The position numbers were made by a program, and so were the translations under genes. From an uncultured Candidatus Saccharimonas sp. (GTDB lineage: Bacteria; Patescibacteriota; Saccharimonadia; Saccharimonadales; Saccharimonadaceae): 32,000 bases of DNA. Below the pieces are notes generated by a model. The model did not search any database. It saw only the letters and a list, made by a program, of their open reading frames with translations, and had not been told where the DNA came from. Below, piece after piece: positions 1 through 8,157 of the stretch (position 1 is its first letter; each line of letters begins with the position of its first letter). The DNA is taken from contig CAURWT010000002.1 of the NCBI GenBank assembly GCA_963528875.1, forward strand, positions 1 to 32,000, written 5' to 3'.

Positions 1-55
1 GACTCCGGAACCAGCGCCAACGCCAACTCCGACTCCGGAACCAGCGCCAACGCCA
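1..55 (+). repeat. 30-bp tandem repeat encoding the Pro/Thr-rich stalk of the LPXTG protein
   Basis: gactccggaaccagcgccaacgcca occurs at 1-25 and again at 31-55 (identical). Locally much more GC-rich than the rest of the window. Confidence 0.85.
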
Positions 56-172
56 GATCAACAATCAACCAAGCAGTTACCAGAAACTGGTGAAAAAGAT
101 TCAACCTCTGCAGTCTTAGCAGGGCTGCTAGCAGCTGGTTTAGCATGGTTCACGCTTCGCAAGAAACAATAA
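2..172 (+). CDS. LPXTG-anchored surface protein, C-terminal fragment (5' end outside window)
   Basis: Frame 2 reads TPEPAPTPTPTPEPAPTPDQQSTKQ-LPETG-EKDSTSAVLAGLLAAGLAWFTL-RKKQ-stop (TAA 170-172). Pro/Thr linker, LPETG motif, hydrophobic helix and basic tail make a classical sortase sorting signal. Confidence 0.9.
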   Translation, partial: TPEPAPTPTPTPEPAPTPDQQSTKQLPETGEKDSTSAVLAGLLAAGLAWFTLRKKQ

Positions 173-202
173 ATAAACTCACAGTCTATCAACTAAAATA
201 AG

Positions 203-225
203 CCCCCTCATTTGAGGGGTTTTTA
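203..225 (+). terminator. Rho-independent terminator after the LPXTG gene
   Basis: cccctc (204-209) / gagggg (214-219) stem, 4-nt loop, followed by ttttt. Confidence 0.8.
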
Positions 226-304
226 AATTATTGTAATATTTATATATGTAGGGTTAAATTTAGCATTTATTAAAATAGCTTAGCTTTATTTTTTGTGTAT
301 TTTA

Positions 305-313
305 TGGTATACT
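305..313 (+). promoter_or_regulatory. Extended -10 promoter (TGgTATACT) of the hydrolase-trpS operon
   Basis: tggtatact at 305-313; only 7 nt separate the -10 hexamer from ATG 321, implying a leaderless transcript. Confidence 0.55.
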
Positions 314-320
314 ATTTTTA

Positions 321-1136
321 ATGTTAGATTCATTTTTGCATAAAACTTTACGCATTCCATATAAATTAAATATTACAAAAATGCGAAAGTCTCAAAACCC
401 AAAAGCTGTGGTGATTTTTATTCACGGAATTGCGAGTGATGCTGGAATGTGGCAAAAAGCCGAAAGCGAGATTCAAGGTGATTTTGATATTTATGCGGTT
501 GATCTAATTGGACACGGAGAATCGCCAAAACCAAAATGGGCAGGTGTTCAACAACTTTCAATTCAGGCAAGGGCGGTTCGAAGAATGGCTTTTTTGATGA
601 AAAAGTATAAAAAACCACTTTTCTTAGTTGGACATTCAATGGGATCTTTGGTAGCGGCAGAATTTTCAAAAAAGTATTCGAACGTAGTAGATGGAATTTT
701 TCTACTTTCGCCACCAATTTATTCACCAGAAGAAGCGCGCGGCTCGATCCAGGAATTTATATTGAAACAAAGCTATAAAAGAATTGTCACGAAGCCAAAA
801 GAATCAATTAAATTTATAAATGCGGTTATCAATACTGGTGCGGTTGATGTTGATAAATTTGAATCTCAAGAGCAGTTTAGGCCGATTCGAAGAGCTTTAA
901 AAGAAGCAATAATTGAACAAGATACTTTTACAGTACTTTCAAAAACCAAAACGCCAACTAAAATCATTTATGGAGTTTTTGACCCCGTTGTGATTGGGCG
1001 AAATATTCGAAAACTCGGTAGGATTAATAAAAATATCACAACTTCAAGAGTTTTGAGTGCTCACGATCCAACAAAATTGATGATTGAGCAGGTTTCGAAA
1101 GGTATTGATAAGATTTTAAAGGAGAAATATGAATAA
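321..1136 (+). CDS. alpha/beta-fold hydrolase
   Basis: 271-aa ORF with VVIFIHG oxyanion-region strand and GHSMGS nucleophile elbow (G-x-S-x-G). Overlaps trpS by 8 nt (atgaataa). Confidence 0.85.
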   Translation: MLDSFLHKTLRIPYKLNITKMRKSQNPKAVVIFIHGIASDAGMWQKAESEIQGDFDIYAVDLIGHGESPKPKWAGVQQLSIQARAVRRMAFLMKKYKKPLFLVGHSMGSLVAAEFSKKYSNVVDGIFLLSPPIYSPEEARGSIQEFILKQSYKRIVTKPKESIKFINAVINTGAVDVDKFESQEQFRPIRRALKEAIIEQDTFTVLSKTKTPTKIIYGVFDPVVIGRNIRKLGRINKNITTSRVLSAHDPTKLMIEQVSKGIDKILKEKYE

Positions 1137-2169
1137 AAAAGTTATTTTAACGGGCGACCGACCAACTGGGAAATTGCATATTGGCCATTATGTTGGCTCG
1201 CTAAAAAAACGTGTAGAATTGCAGAATTCAGGTGAATATGAAACTTTTATTATGATCGCCGACACACAAGCTTTAACTGATAATGCGAAAAATCCTGAAA
1301 AAGTTCGAAATAATGTTTTGCAAGTTGCTCTAGATTATTTAGCGGCAGGAATTGACCCTTCGAAAACTACAATTTTTGTGCAAAGTCAAATTCCGCAGCT
1401 ACCAGAACTTGCGATGTATTATGCAAATTTAGTTTCGATTTCTCGCCTTGAACGCAACCCTACTGTTAAAACTGAAATTAAGCAAAAAAACTTCGGCGAA
1501 GGCGTGCCGAGTGGTTTTGTATTTTACCCAATTTCACAGGCGGCAGATATTACGGCCTTTAAAGCAACTCATGTACCAGTTGGTGAAGACCAGATGCCAA
1601 TGATTGAACTGACTCGTGAAATTTCTCGAGCGTTTAACCAAACATATAAAACAGATACGCTTATTGAACCAGAGGCCATTCTTTCGAAAGAAGGCATTGA
1701 ACGACGCTTGCCGGGAATTAACGGAATGGATGCTAAAATGAGCAAAAGTTTAAATAACGGTATCTATCTGGCGGATTCTTTTGAAGAAATGCGTGCAAAG
1801 GTGATGAAAATGTATACCGACCCTGAGCATATTCGGGTTGAAGATCCTGGAAAGATTGAGGGAAACGTAGTTTTTGCGTATCTTGATGTTTTTGCTGAAG
1901 ATAAAGAGAAAGTTGCTGAAATGAAAGCTCACTACCAAAAAGGTGGTTTGGGTGATGTTGCAGTTAAAAAATACTTGATTGAAGAGATGGATAAAGTTTT
2001 GAAGCCTATTCGTGAAAAACGAGCTGAACTAGAAAAAAATCCTGAGATGATTTATGAAATTCTTAAAAAAGGAAGTTTGAAGGCTGAAAAAATCGCAGCG
2101 CAAACTCTTAAAGAGGTTAAACAAGCAATGAAGATTGATTACTTTGGAGATAAAAATGGCAAAGTTTAA
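1129..2169 (+). CDS. trpS: tryptophan--tRNA ligase
   Basis: 346 aa. Class I motifs GKLHIGHYVGS (HIGH) and KMSKS, with a typical TrpRS N-terminus (VILTGDRPTG). GGAG RBS 6 nt upstream. Confidence 0.95.
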   Translation: MNKKVILTGDRPTGKLHIGHYVGSLKKRVELQNSGEYETFIMIADTQALTDNAKNPEKVRNNVLQVALDYLAAGIDPSKTTIFVQSQIPQLPELAMYYANLVSISRLERNPTVKTEIKQKNFGEGVPSGFVFYPISQAADITAFKATHVPVGEDQMPMIELTREISRAFNQTYKTDTLIEPEAILSKEGIERRLPGINGMDAKMSKSLNNGIYLADSFEEMRAKVMKMYTDPEHIRVEDPGKIEGNVVFAYLDVFAEDKEKVAEMKAHYQKGGLGDVAVKKYLIEEMDKVLKPIREKRAELEKNPEMIYEILKKGSLKAEKIAAQTLKEVKQAMKIDYFGDKNGKV

Positions 2170-3337
2170 TTCTGGTGATATTTTAAAAATTTTGCGAAAG
2201 TTTCAAATTGCAGGCGAAGAAAATGTTCCACGAAATGTTGAAGAGCTAAAAAAGATTACTGCTGATGAATTTTCAGAAATTTTCACTTTTAAATTTAACA
2301 AACATAAGTTTTTTATCGTGGTTGATGGAATGGCCGAAGATGATGAATTTTATATTCAAGATCTTCTTCGAAAGCATTTTGGTGATATTGAAGGTGAATT
2401 AATTAAGAATCCGCTCGATTTAATGATGAGTTTTGCTTTACCGTTTGAAGGCAAAGACATTTATCTCTTTCGAAATATTGCTTCAAAAACAAGGCTTGAT
2501 GTTTATTTGGCTGAAAATTACCCAGAATTCTCGCGGGCAACGATTCAAAAATATATTAAAAATGGCTTCGTAAAAGTGAATGGAAGAATTGCAAAAAAAC
2601 CAAAAGATGCAATTGAAAAAGGCGATAAAATTGAGTTTGAAATTCCAGAAAAAACTGCTGAAAAAATCAACTTTCCAATACTTTTCGAAGATGAAAATGT
2701 TATAGTGATAAATAAGCCTCGTGGAATTTTAACGCATAGCAAAGGTGCTTTAAATGATGAATTTACTGTTGCGGATTTTTTTGAAGGTCGTGACGCAAAA
2801 TTTGGTAAAGGGACGAATCGTGTTGGGATCGTTCATAGGCTTGACCGTGAAACTTCTGGTGTAATAATTGGCGCAAAAAATAATGAAGCTGCTAAAAAGC
2901 TGCAAAAGCAATTTTCAGAACGGACTGCGAAAAAAACCTATGTGGCAATTGTTAAAGGTGTTTTGAATCCAAAAAAAGCCTTAATTGATTTACCTATCGC
3001 GAGAAATGGCTCAGCTCCGAGCACTTTCATGATTCATGCAAAAGGAAAGCCGGCCCAAACTAAATATGAAGTTCTTAAGGAAAATGAAAATTTTTCGTTA
3101 GTAAAACTTATGCCAAAAACTGGTCGAACACATCAATTGCGTGTTCATTTAAGCTATCTAAACCATCCAATTTTAGGCGATAGAGTTTATGATAAAAATA
3201 TTTCGAAATCTGAAAGTGAAGATAGGATGTTTTTACATGCACAAAGTTTAGAGATTACAATTCCGCCCGAAAAAGGTGAGAAAGAATCGCAAAGAATGAT
3301 TTTCGAAGCAGAAATTCCTGAAAATTTTGAGTTGTAA
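2156..3337 (+). CDS. rluD: RluA/RluD-family 23S rRNA pseudouridine synthase with ~115-aa N-terminal extension
   Basis: S4-like segment RLDVYLAENYPEFSRATIQKYIKNGFVKVNGR and catalytic HRLDRETSGV motif. Start placed at ATG 2156 (GGAG at 2146-2149) rather than ATG 2135. Confidence 0.85.
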   Translation: MAKFNSGDILKILRKFQIAGEENVPRNVEELKKITADEFSEIFTFKFNKHKFFIVVDGMAEDDEFYIQDLLRKHFGDIEGELIKNPLDLMMSFALPFEGKDIYLFRNIASKTRLDVYLAENYPEFSRATIQKYIKNGFVKVNGRIAKKPKDAIEKGDKIEFEIPEKTAEKINFPILFEDENVIVINKPRGILTHSKGALNDEFTVADFFEGRDAKFGKGTNRVGIVHRLDRETSGVIIGAKNNEAAKKLQKQFSERTAKKTYVAIVKGVLNPKKALIDLPIARNGSAPSTFMIHAKGKPAQTKYEVLKENENFSLVKLMPKTGRTHQLRVHLSYLNHPILGDRVYDKNISKSESEDRMFLHAQSLEITIPPEKGEKESQRMIFEAEIPENFEL

Positions 3338-3339
3338 AA

Positions 3340-4131
3340 ATGAGAGATTTCTTTGAAAATACAATTTTGAATTCACACGCAAAGATCGTGGAGATCCCTC
3401 GTGGGTTCGGTTTTGAATTTGCTCTAAAAAAGTTAAAATTTTCGAAAGATATTCAAATAATTGAATTCAGGCCAACAATTCACGGTGCGCAAAAAACTGA
3501 AATTATTAATGTTGAGGATATTGAATTTTTGCAGCAAAAAGCAAATGTTAAAAGTGTAAAAAAACGTTGTTTTGTATTAATGAATGCTGAAAAGATGAAT
3601 GAATCTGCACAAAATAAATTCTTGAAGCTTTTTGAAGAGCCAAATAAGAATACTTCTTTTGTACTTTTGACTGAAAATAAGAACGCCTTCGAAAAAACTA
3701 TACTTTCACGAGCGCAGATTTTACGAATTCCGCCAATATCGGAGATTGATTCAATTAAGATGCTTCAAAAATCAAAATTGAGTGAAGATGATAAGAAAAA
3801 AATTCTATTTATGGCGAACGGTTTGCCTGGTGAAATTGATAAACTTTCGAACAGCAAAAAATATTTCAATGAACAGATGGAGATTGCTGAATTTGCAAAA
3901 AGGTGGTTTTTGGGTTCGAAATTTGAAAAAATATTAATTGTGAAAGATTTAAAACCAGAAAGAAATGATATTCTAAAGTTTTTAGAAATTTTGCTTAAAA
4001 TGGTTGACCAAACTTTCGCTCAAAATCCAAAAAAAGGAGCTATAACGGCAAAAAAAATACTTATAGCTTACGATAGAATCTCTAAAAACGGAAATATCAA
4101 GTTGGCTCTGCTTGACCTAATTCTTGGCTAA
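3340..4131 (+). CDS. holB: DNA polymerase III delta-prime-like subunit
   Basis: 263 aa. FLKLFEEPNKNTSFVLLTENKNAFEKTILSRAQILRI matches the clamp-loader sensor region (LKxLEEP ... TIxSRc). No intact Walker A seen, as is typical of delta-prime. Confidence 0.75.
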   Translation: MRDFFENTILNSHAKIVEIPRGFGFEFALKKLKFSKDIQIIEFRPTIHGAQKTEIINVEDIEFLQQKANVKSVKKRCFVLMNAEKMNESAQNKFLKLFEEPNKNTSFVLLTENKNAFEKTILSRAQILRIPPISEIDSIKMLQKSKLSEDDKKKILFMANGLPGEIDKLSNSKKYFNEQMEIAEFAKRWFLGSKFEKILIVKDLKPERNDILKFLEILLKMVDQTFAQNPKKGAITAKKILIAYDRISKNGNIKLALLDLILG

Positions 4132-4155
4132 AATTTGCCAAAATAATAATTTCTA

Positions 4156-4164
4156 TGTTATAAT
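4156..4164 (+). promoter_or_regulatory. Extended -10 promoter (TGtTATAAT) of the TPR gene
   Basis: tgttataat at 4156-4164; 8 nt to ATG 4173; no Shine-Dalgarno possible. Confidence 0.5.
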
Positions 4165-4172
4165 ATATTGGT

Positions 4173-4841
4173 ATGTTAGTTTTAATTTTAATTATTGTTC
4201 TTAGTGCTTATGTTTTTCTAAAAAATCCTGAAAAATTAACAAAAAACGCCCTACCAGATAATTTTGCAAATAAAATTGATAAGTTGTGGCGTGTAGCACA
4301 AGAGGCAATTATTGATAAAAAATATTTACGAGCAGAGAAAGTTTTATTAACAATTTTGCGATTTGATGAACGAAACGCTACGGCGTATAACCGTTTAGGG
4401 ATAATATATGCGGGCCAAAAAAAGTTTGATGATGCTATTGAATGTTTCGAAATTGCTCAAAGCTTAGAAAGCAGTGCATCGAGTCTTCATAATGTTGGCT
4501 TAATCTATCTTGAAACCGAGAATTATCAAAAAGCTGCCCTAGCATTTGAGCAAGCTCTAGAAATTGAAGATTCTGTGCCGACTCGATATATTGCTTACGC
4601 CCGAGCTCTCGAAAAAATGGGTAAAGATAAATTGGCAATTTCAGCACTAGAAAAAGCTATAGAACTTGATGAAAGACCTCAAACTTTACGAACTCTCGGC
4701 TCGCTCTATCTTAAAGTTGAAAATATAGAAAAAGCAAAAGAAATTAAAGATAAATTGGAGTCATTAAAAGATAACAGAAGAGCTATAAAACAAAACCGAA
4801 TCTCTAATGAATCAATTTCAACCAAAAAAATTGCAATGTAA
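4173..4841 (+). CDS. membrane-anchored tetratricopeptide-repeat protein
   Basis: 222 aa. N-terminal hydrophobic helix MLVLILIIVLSAYVFL followed by repeated TPR-like units (AYNRLGIIYAGQKKFDDAIECFEIAQ, HNVGLIYLETENYQKAALAFEQAL). Confidence 0.75.
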   Translation: MLVLILIIVLSAYVFLKNPEKLTKNALPDNFANKIDKLWRVAQEAIIDKKYLRAEKVLLTILRFDERNATAYNRLGIIYAGQKKFDDAIECFEIAQSLESSASSLHNVGLIYLETENYQKAALAFEQALEIEDSVPTRYIAYARALEKMGKDKLAISALEKAIELDERPQTLRTLGSLYLKVENIEKAKEIKDKLESLKDNRRAIKQNRISNESISTKKIAM

Positions 4842-4870
4842 AATCAGGCTTAATGACCTGATTTTATTTT
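4842..4870. terminator. Hairpin terminator shared by convergent TPR gene and P-type ATPase
   Basis: aatcagg (4842-4848) / cctgatt (4857-4863), 8-nt loop, T-rich tail on + strand and A/T-rich flank on - strand. Confidence 0.7.
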
Positions 4871-4952
4871 TACTTTCTAAAGATAGGCGCTCAAAGGCTC
4901 AGAACTAGCGATGCCTGACTTTTTGAAATAATAAAAATAGCCTCCAGAGAGA

Positions 4953-7283
4953 CTATTTATTTTTAGATCTGCTTGAAGCAATGAATAACTGGATAACTGA
5001 AACAAGAATAATCACTGAGCAGATAAACCAGAATTGGCTAATGTTTGGCAAGTTAAATTCGAAAAATTCACGTAAGATTGGAGCACTAAAAATTACACCA
5101 GTGAAAATTAAAGTTCCAATGACATATATTGTTCTACGAATTTTGTTGTTTTTTGAAGGCTTTGAGCCAAGGAATATTTCGCTCAAAATTGTTGCGAAAA
5201 CACCGAACCAAGCAGTTACGATTACAACGGTTGCTAAAATTCCATGCATTATGTGCTTGCTTGCTAGACTGCCGTCAACTTTAAAATATAAACTAATATA
5301 AATAAATGAAATTGCTAAACCACTTAAAATTGCTACCGGCGCAATTGAATAAAGTGTATCCCGCCAGAAGTTCTTAGGGTTAATTTTAGCTTTAGGTATT
5401 GGTGGAAAAAGCGTAGTCAAAACTGTTGGCATTGTTACTAAAATAAAGTTCATGTAAGTAATATGACGTGGTAGAAATGGGTAATTGACGCCGGCAAGCA
5501 TTGTTGCGAAAAGAATTGTTACGCCAAGAATAATTTTATGGAAAAACAAAATTGCAATCATTTCAATCGAAAGCATAATTCTATTCCCAACCTTTACGCC
5601 ACTCGGTAGAGAAGTGAAAGAATTGTCCATCAAAACTAAATCTGCAACACGGCGAGTTGCAGGAGCGCCATCAAACATAGAAATACCCAAATCTGATTTT
5701 TTAATCGCAAGAGCGTCATTTACGCCATCGCCAATCATTCCTGTATATAGTTTGTTTTTCTGAAAAACACCAATAATTTTCTCTTTTTGTTCAGGCAAGA
5801 CTCGTGCAAAAATTGTATTTTTAAGAACAGCCTTTTCGAAGTCTTTTTTCGAAAGATTAGCAAGTTCTGCTCCAGTTATGTATTTTTCAGCATTTTTAAT
5901 TCCGGCTTCAAGGGCGATAAAACTCACAGTTCGTGGATTATCTCCGGAAATTACACGAATTGAAACGCCACGATTTTGTAAAAAGTTAACAGTCTCTTGA
6001 ACATTTGGCCTCAGAGTATTTTTAAGCGTAATTATTGCAATTGGTTCAAGTTTTTCGCTTTCGAGAAGTTTTGAAATTTTACCAGATTTTTTAAATTTTG
6101 CTAGGAGTAAAACTCGTAAACCTTGAGATGCTAAATTATCAATTTTTTTCGAAATGCTTTCAGATTTACTATCTTTTGAGAGATTTTTTAGAATAAATTC
6201 AGGAGCACCGAAAACGATAGATTCTTCTTTATCATTGTTAAGAAAAGTCATTCCAGACAGTTTTCGCGAACTCGAAAAAGCCATATAGTCTGTAATTTTA
6301 AGGTTTGCGTTATCTTTGAACTCATTTAAAATAGCTTGAGCTGTGGCATTTTTCTCAGCAGGCTCTGAGTTTAAAGCATTTAGAATTTGTGCAATTTCTT
6401 CTTTCGAAAAGTCTTTACCAATAACTTCGTAAGAATTAAACTCAATTTCAGGAGAAGTTAATGTTCCGGTTTTATCTGTTGCAAGAACTTCGAGTAAAGC
6501 CATATCTTCTATTGCAGAAATTTTTTGTGGCAGAACTTTAGCTTGAAGTAGCTTCAACGAACCATAAGCGAAGAATAGTGAGCTCGCAAGCAATAGACCT
6601 TCTGGAACGACAACAACTGCAGCGGAAGTTATAGTTTTTAAAATCGTGGTTGGGTCTTCTTTAAAAATAAAGAAATAAACCACGCAAATCACTATAGCTA
6701 GACCGAGCGCAAACCAGCTTAATCTTGAAATTAATTTCGAAATCTTTTGTTGAATTGGTGTAAGTTTTGGTTTGTAGTTTTTGAGTTTTGCTGCCATTTG
6801 GCCGGCTTCTGTATTTTCACCAACAGCTAAAACCTCAGCTTCAGCTTCACCCGAAACTACGATTGAACTCGAAAGAATTTTATCGCCAACATTTTTAGAA
6901 ATAGCATCGCTTTCTCCTGTCAGAATTGATTCGTTAACTTCAAAAGAGTTTGACTTTGTAATTTTTGCATCTGCGGGAATTTCGTCGCCAGTTTTTATAA
7001 AAATCTTGTCGCCATTTTGAAGCTCGGTGAATAAAATTTCTTCAAGCTTTCCATCACGAAAAACCATTGCTCTGGGCGCACTCATTAATTCAATTTTTCG
7101 AAGGGTTAAATATGCACGAACCTCCTGAATTGTTCCAATAAAGGAATTTACTAGAATTACAAAAGAAATAAACCATGCATCACGAACCTCGCCAACAAGC
7201 AAAAGTCCGCCCGCAAGAATAAAAATTGCAATTGAAATTGGGGAAATAAAGTTTCGAAAAATGATTGTTTGAATGTGTTTCAT
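4953..7283 (-). CDS. cation-transporting P-type (E1-E2) ATPase, type II-like
   Basis: 776 aa. Carries DKTGTLT phosphorylation site, TGES actuator motif, PEGL in a TM helix, and GDGVNDA hinge. No CPC or metal-binding domain, so not a P1B heavy-metal pump. Ion specificity not determinable. Confidence 0.9.
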   Translation of the reverse strand: MKHIQTIIFRNFISPISIAIFILAGGLLLVGEVRDAWFISFVILVNSFIGTIQEVRAYLTLRKIELMSAPRAMVFRDGKLEEILFTELQNGDKIFIKTGDEIPADAKITKSNSFEVNESILTGESDAISKNVGDKILSSSIVVSGEAEAEVLAVGENTEAGQMAAKLKNYKPKLTPIQQKISKLISRLSWFALGLAIVICVVYFFIFKEDPTTILKTITSAAVVVVPEGLLLASSLFFAYGSLKLLQAKVLPQKISAIEDMALLEVLATDKTGTLTSPEIEFNSYEVIGKDFSKEEIAQILNALNSEPAEKNATAQAILNEFKDNANLKITDYMAFSSSRKLSGMTFLNNDKEESIVFGAPEFILKNLSKDSKSESISKKIDNLASQGLRVLLLAKFKKSGKISKLLESEKLEPIAIITLKNTLRPNVQETVNFLQNRGVSIRVISGDNPRTVSFIALEAGIKNAEKYITGAELANLSKKDFEKAVLKNTIFARVLPEQKEKIIGVFQKNKLYTGMIGDGVNDALAIKKSDLGISMFDGAPATRRVADLVLMDNSFTSLPSGVKVGNRIMLSIEMIAILFFHKIILGVTILFATMLAGVNYPFLPRHITYMNFILVTMPTVLTTLFPPIPKAKINPKNFWRDTLYSIAPVAILSGLAISFIYISLYFKVDGSLASKHIMHGILATVVIVTAWFGVFATILSEIFLGSKPSKNNKIRRTIYVIGTLIFTGVIFSAPILREFFEFNLPNISQFWFICSVIILVSVIQLFIASSRSKNK

Positions 7284-7290
7284 GTTTTAT

Positions 7291-7299
7291 ATTATATCA
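7291..7299 (-). promoter_or_regulatory. Extended -10 promoter (TGaTATAAT on - strand) of the P-type ATPase
   Basis: Reverse complement of 7291-7299 is tgatataat; 7 nt (ataaaac) to ATG at 7283, implying a leaderless transcript. Confidence 0.5.
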
Positions 7300-7311
7300 G
7301 TTTTTTAAACA

Positions 7312-7335
7312 AGAAAAAACCCTCAAAATGAGGGA
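7312..7335 (-). terminator. Rho-independent terminator of the 233-aa orphan gene
   Basis: On the - strand: ccctca-ttt-tgaggg followed by tttttt (7320-7334 stem-loop, A-run 7313-7319 on the + strand). Confidence 0.8.
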
Positions 7336-7343
7336 GATTAAAA

Positions 7344-8042
7344 TTATTTTTTGACATTAAGACCGACGATTAAACCATAGTATGCATGCGGGTCTTTATG
7401 TTTCTCAATAAATTTTCTATTTTCACGAATAATTCGAAGTTCTCTAGCTAAAGATTTTGGCGTTTTTTCGAAGAGTGTCCTGCGAGATTGCTCCTCTGAG
7501 CGAATTTTGGCAAGGATTTCACTTTTAGAAAGTTTTTCTTCTGAATTGAGAATAATATAGTTCGATAATTTATTTATAATACCCGAAGAATGAAAATAGC
7601 TATTTTTGAAAAGTTTAGCATTAAAGCCGGCCCTTGCAAGTGGCCTAGCGTTTATTTTTTGTGGAATCGCACAAACTAAATAATCAATTTGCGAATCATT
7701 TTTAGCGTATTTAACAACTTCTGAAAATAACTCAGTTAATTCATTGCTGTTAGCTTTAGGTGCAGTAGTAGCAGCATTCACAAAATCAGATATTGCGTAA
7801 ACATTTAGGGCTTTTTTATTAGCTTGTATTTCTTTAAAAAATTTAAGCCCAACCGCCGTGGTTACTTCGTCGTTTTTTCGAATGAAAAACCACTCTTTCT
7901 TGCTATGAAATTCTTCTGGCGAATATGACCCGCGCGTGAGAATTTGCAAACTCATGATTTGTTCTACGATTTTATTTTTGAGCTCGTCGCTCCTAGAATT
8001 ATATAGAGCTTCGATATTATTAGTCTTAAATAATTTAAACAT
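7344..8042 (-). CDS. hypothetical protein (weak GNAT-like C-terminal beta-alpha signature only)
   Basis: Start set at MFKLFK (ATG 8042), preceded by GGAGGT 7 nt upstream; the longer ORF to 8105 would overlap its own promoter. No motif I can name with confidence; INARPLARAGF faintly resembles the GNAT ...LYxKxGF segment. Confidence 0.6.
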   Translation of the reverse strand: MFKLFKTNNIEALYNSRSDELKNKIVEQIMSLQILTRGSYSPEEFHSKKEWFFIRKNDEVTTAVGLKFFKEIQANKKALNVYAISDFVNAATTAPKANSNELTELFSEVVKYAKNDSQIDYLVCAIPQKINARPLARAGFNAKLFKNSYFHSSGIINKLSNYIILNSEEKLSKSEILAKIRSEEQSRRTLFEKTPKSLARELRIIRENRKFIEKHKDPHAYYGLIVGLNVKK

Positions 8043-8076
8043 AAAAGTACCTCCAATATGGACTGAATAGGATAAT

Positions 8077-8105
8077 ATTGTAACATTTTTAGAATCGAGA
8101 GGCAA
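8077..8105 (-). promoter_or_regulatory. sigma70-type promoter of the 233-aa orphan gene
   Basis: - strand reads TTGCCT, 17 nt, TACAAT, with TG at -15/-14 (tgttacaat). Confidence 0.6.
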
Positions 8106-8133
8106 GAATAAGCTTTATTTTTATCATAAAATA

Positions 8134-8142
8134 TGGTAAAAT
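8134..8142 (+). promoter_or_regulatory. Extended -10 promoter (TGgTAAAAT) of the GDPD gene
   Basis: tggtaaaat at 8134-8142, divergent from the orphan-gene promoter; ATG 8158 lies 15 nt downstream. Confidence 0.45.
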
Positions 8143-8157
8143 TTGAAAATAAATATT

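Noticed and set aside
1100-1136. T-box or other leader regulating trpS
   Set aside because: The trpS start overlaps the upstream hydrolase gene by 8 nt, so there is no untranslated leader in which a T-box could reside.
4871-4952. GC-richer imperfect hairpin (aggcgct...agcgatgcct) between the TPR gene and the P-type ATPase as a candidate sRNA
   Set aside because: The stem needs a 3-nt bulge and has no associated promoter. It lies within the expected 3' UTR of the ATPase, upstream of the shared terminator.
8143-8157. TTG 8143 as the start of the GDPD gene
   Set aside because: It directly abuts the -10 hexamer (8137-8142) and so would lie upstream of the transcription start. ATG 8158 is preferred, although the exact start remains uncertain.
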